NCBI GenBank assembly: GCA_017499595.2
Contig: CM038999.1
Location: forward strand, 930,001-994,000
Direction: 5' to 3'
DNA: 64,000 nucleotides
From: Psilocybe cubensis
Lineage: Eukaryota
Every line of letters starts with the position of its first letter. The first letter of the stretch is position 1. The notes below the pieces were generated by a model that saw nothing but the letters and a program-made list of their open reading frames with translations, was not told the origin of the DNA and did not search any database. Both the position numbers and the translations under genes were made by a program. Below, one piece after another: positions 62,134-64,000 of this stretch.

Positions 62134-64000
62134 GTAAGACACGGACGCAAACGAAAACGAAATTGAAAAGAGAGAACGGCGCGAAAAAGACGCTAAAAAC
62201 CGCATCTGCCATTGCTAATATACCTGCTCACCATCCGAGGAAACGACACTTCTATATCGGGAAGTTGGAGAGTCTTATCTGGACTGTGCTTCGATGTTCG
62301 AACTGGCCCGGGCGCAGATCACTCCCCCGCGGGTTCCCGGATTGGCCGTTTGCGCCCCTATTCTGCTGTGTGCAGTACGTCTACGTCAAAACATACAGCG
62401 GGAGCGCCGCTCTCAACCACTAGCCCATATGCATATCCCGTTTAAGCCCCGGGCGCATCATCCCGACTTTCGCCACGAACGAAAAGTAACAAAAAAGGCC
62501 ATTGAACACTCGATGACTGACATCCTGGCAACACATCGTGGCATCGTCATCGGAACAGGAGACCTGGACAGCTCAACATGATCTTGATGACAGGGCACGA
62601 AGGAGAGTCTCGGACATACAAAATACCACGAGTTTGCCACTAATTGCTTGGAAACCACGACAACGCTCGGCGGCGCATCTCCTCGATGCGATACCGACCT
62701 TGGGTTCAACGCCACAATCACTTACTTTACGAACAACAAAATCCGGCTCAAGGACGAGCGAATAGTTAGCCTGTTCGCAATCGTTCCCCGTACAAACAAA
62801 CAGATAACGCACACCGCCGAAGCTCACGTCTAAACCCCTCATATTTGTGAAGAAATGAACAGCTGACTCTCTTCTCAGATTCTTTCTAACGACATTACTG
62901 GCCTAGCCACAGACAGAAAGATTCGAAGTGAAGTGGAAGCCCCCCATTTCCATAACCCCTGTTACACCTAGGTCTCCGCCGTACGTGTCGGGACTCAAAA
63001 CGGGCCTAGGACAGGCTGGAGTGAGTATAAGCACGCAATCGCAGAGCCATACAGATGCTCACTCACCGCAAATTAGACATCCGAGTCCCTCATAATGTAA
63101 GCCTCACACACTCCACTCATTCCCCACCACCCAATCTAATGAACTCACATTTACATAACACTAACAACAGGAACATCATGCGCCCTGTTCTCGGCAATAG
63201 ACTGCTACATGTCCCTTCCATGTGCCGTGTCCCGTTCTCAGCAGCCATAAATCCAAAGCCGCTCAAAAATTGCTCGACTCTACATGCTGACGTCGACGCA
63301 CGTCACTATTTTCCTACGATGCTAGAATGCGGTGATGTTAATAAGTGCCCAGGTACGTCTGTCTGCTACAGTTAAATAAGAGCGGATATTCCCAATAAAG
63401 GTGATAGTATCTGTACGAAAGGCTCAAGGTATTAGATATGTTCAAATTGATAATGTATGCTTTTCGTAATGTGTCCCTGAGCCCTGAGGTTCACTTTGAG
63501 TTCTCAAATAATACGTTGTTATCATTCGACTCGAGGAAAAGTTGCACCCCATCTCATGACCTACACTTCGAATCACATTCCAGGACCCCATATCGACTGA
63601 TCAGCCTAGAATGCTGGCTTCAAAGTACTCTCTAGAGAGTCCACGTTAGCCTCGCTCACCTCCATATTCGCATGATCGCCATACCGAAACTCTTCCTTGA
63701 TTGTCCCTTCTTAATTCATCTCGTCGAAACTCCTTCGCAGGTAGCGTCACATGGCTATCATCAGTTATCATCCTAAATTCTTCAGAGGTGTCATAATTTG
63801 CATACTTATGAAGTAATATCTATCGGCATGGTCTACCTTGCGCACCCTAGACACATTTAGGGGTCATTAAAATCATCCAATATCACAGCAATCATCGCAT
63901 GATTATCTGAGTACTCGCCCGATGCCTCAAAATATGCCCTGAGGCCTGATGGCGTCCCAAGGCGTCCCTAATAACCTTGTACATTGACCTCCTTTGCATC

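Noticed and set aside
62200..64000. Several 60-120 aa ORFs at the window end (similarly 1-700 at the start)
   Set aside because: No recognisable domains or splice chain; treated as upstream/intergenic sequence.

Overview
Intron-rich fungal genomic DNA, almost certainly from an agaricomycete (mushroom-forming basidiomycete). This is inferred from ~50-65 nt GT-AG introns, microexons, DUF6533/DUF6535-type genes and expanded F-box genes. About 20 protein-coding genes can be reconstructed by splicing the ORF fragments by eye: three F-box genes, a class III sirtuin, CCR4, a GH7, a gamma-tubulin complex subunit, a DUF6535 protein, a calpain, GH16, a GH24 lysozyme, a CBM67-like lectin, a secreted 14-aa repeat protein, two small multi-pass membrane proteins, two MFS transporters, OAC1, ILV5, HMT1/PRMT1, a BRI3-like protein and a very large 7TM-like protein. 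Highlights: (1) a four-gene block of secreted proteins (21.2-28.6 kb) in which a phage-type GH24 lysozyme with a long Asp-rich arm and a lysozyme-less acidic repeat protein are evidently paralogous, sharing a 5' motif, signal peptide, intron and KR..RQD site; (2) a GH7 with a cellobiohydrolase-like scaffold but endoglucanase-like tunnel-loop deletions; (3) a MCT-type MFS/OAC1/diverged ILV5 trio; (4) a 380-bp element bounded by inverted repeats and carrying telomere-like repeats; (5) a frame-required 2-nt microexon; (6) a ~1,800-aa cryptic 7TM protein. No rRNA, tRNA or CRISPR was recognised. All exon structures and family assignments are by manual inspection and recalled motifs, not database searches.
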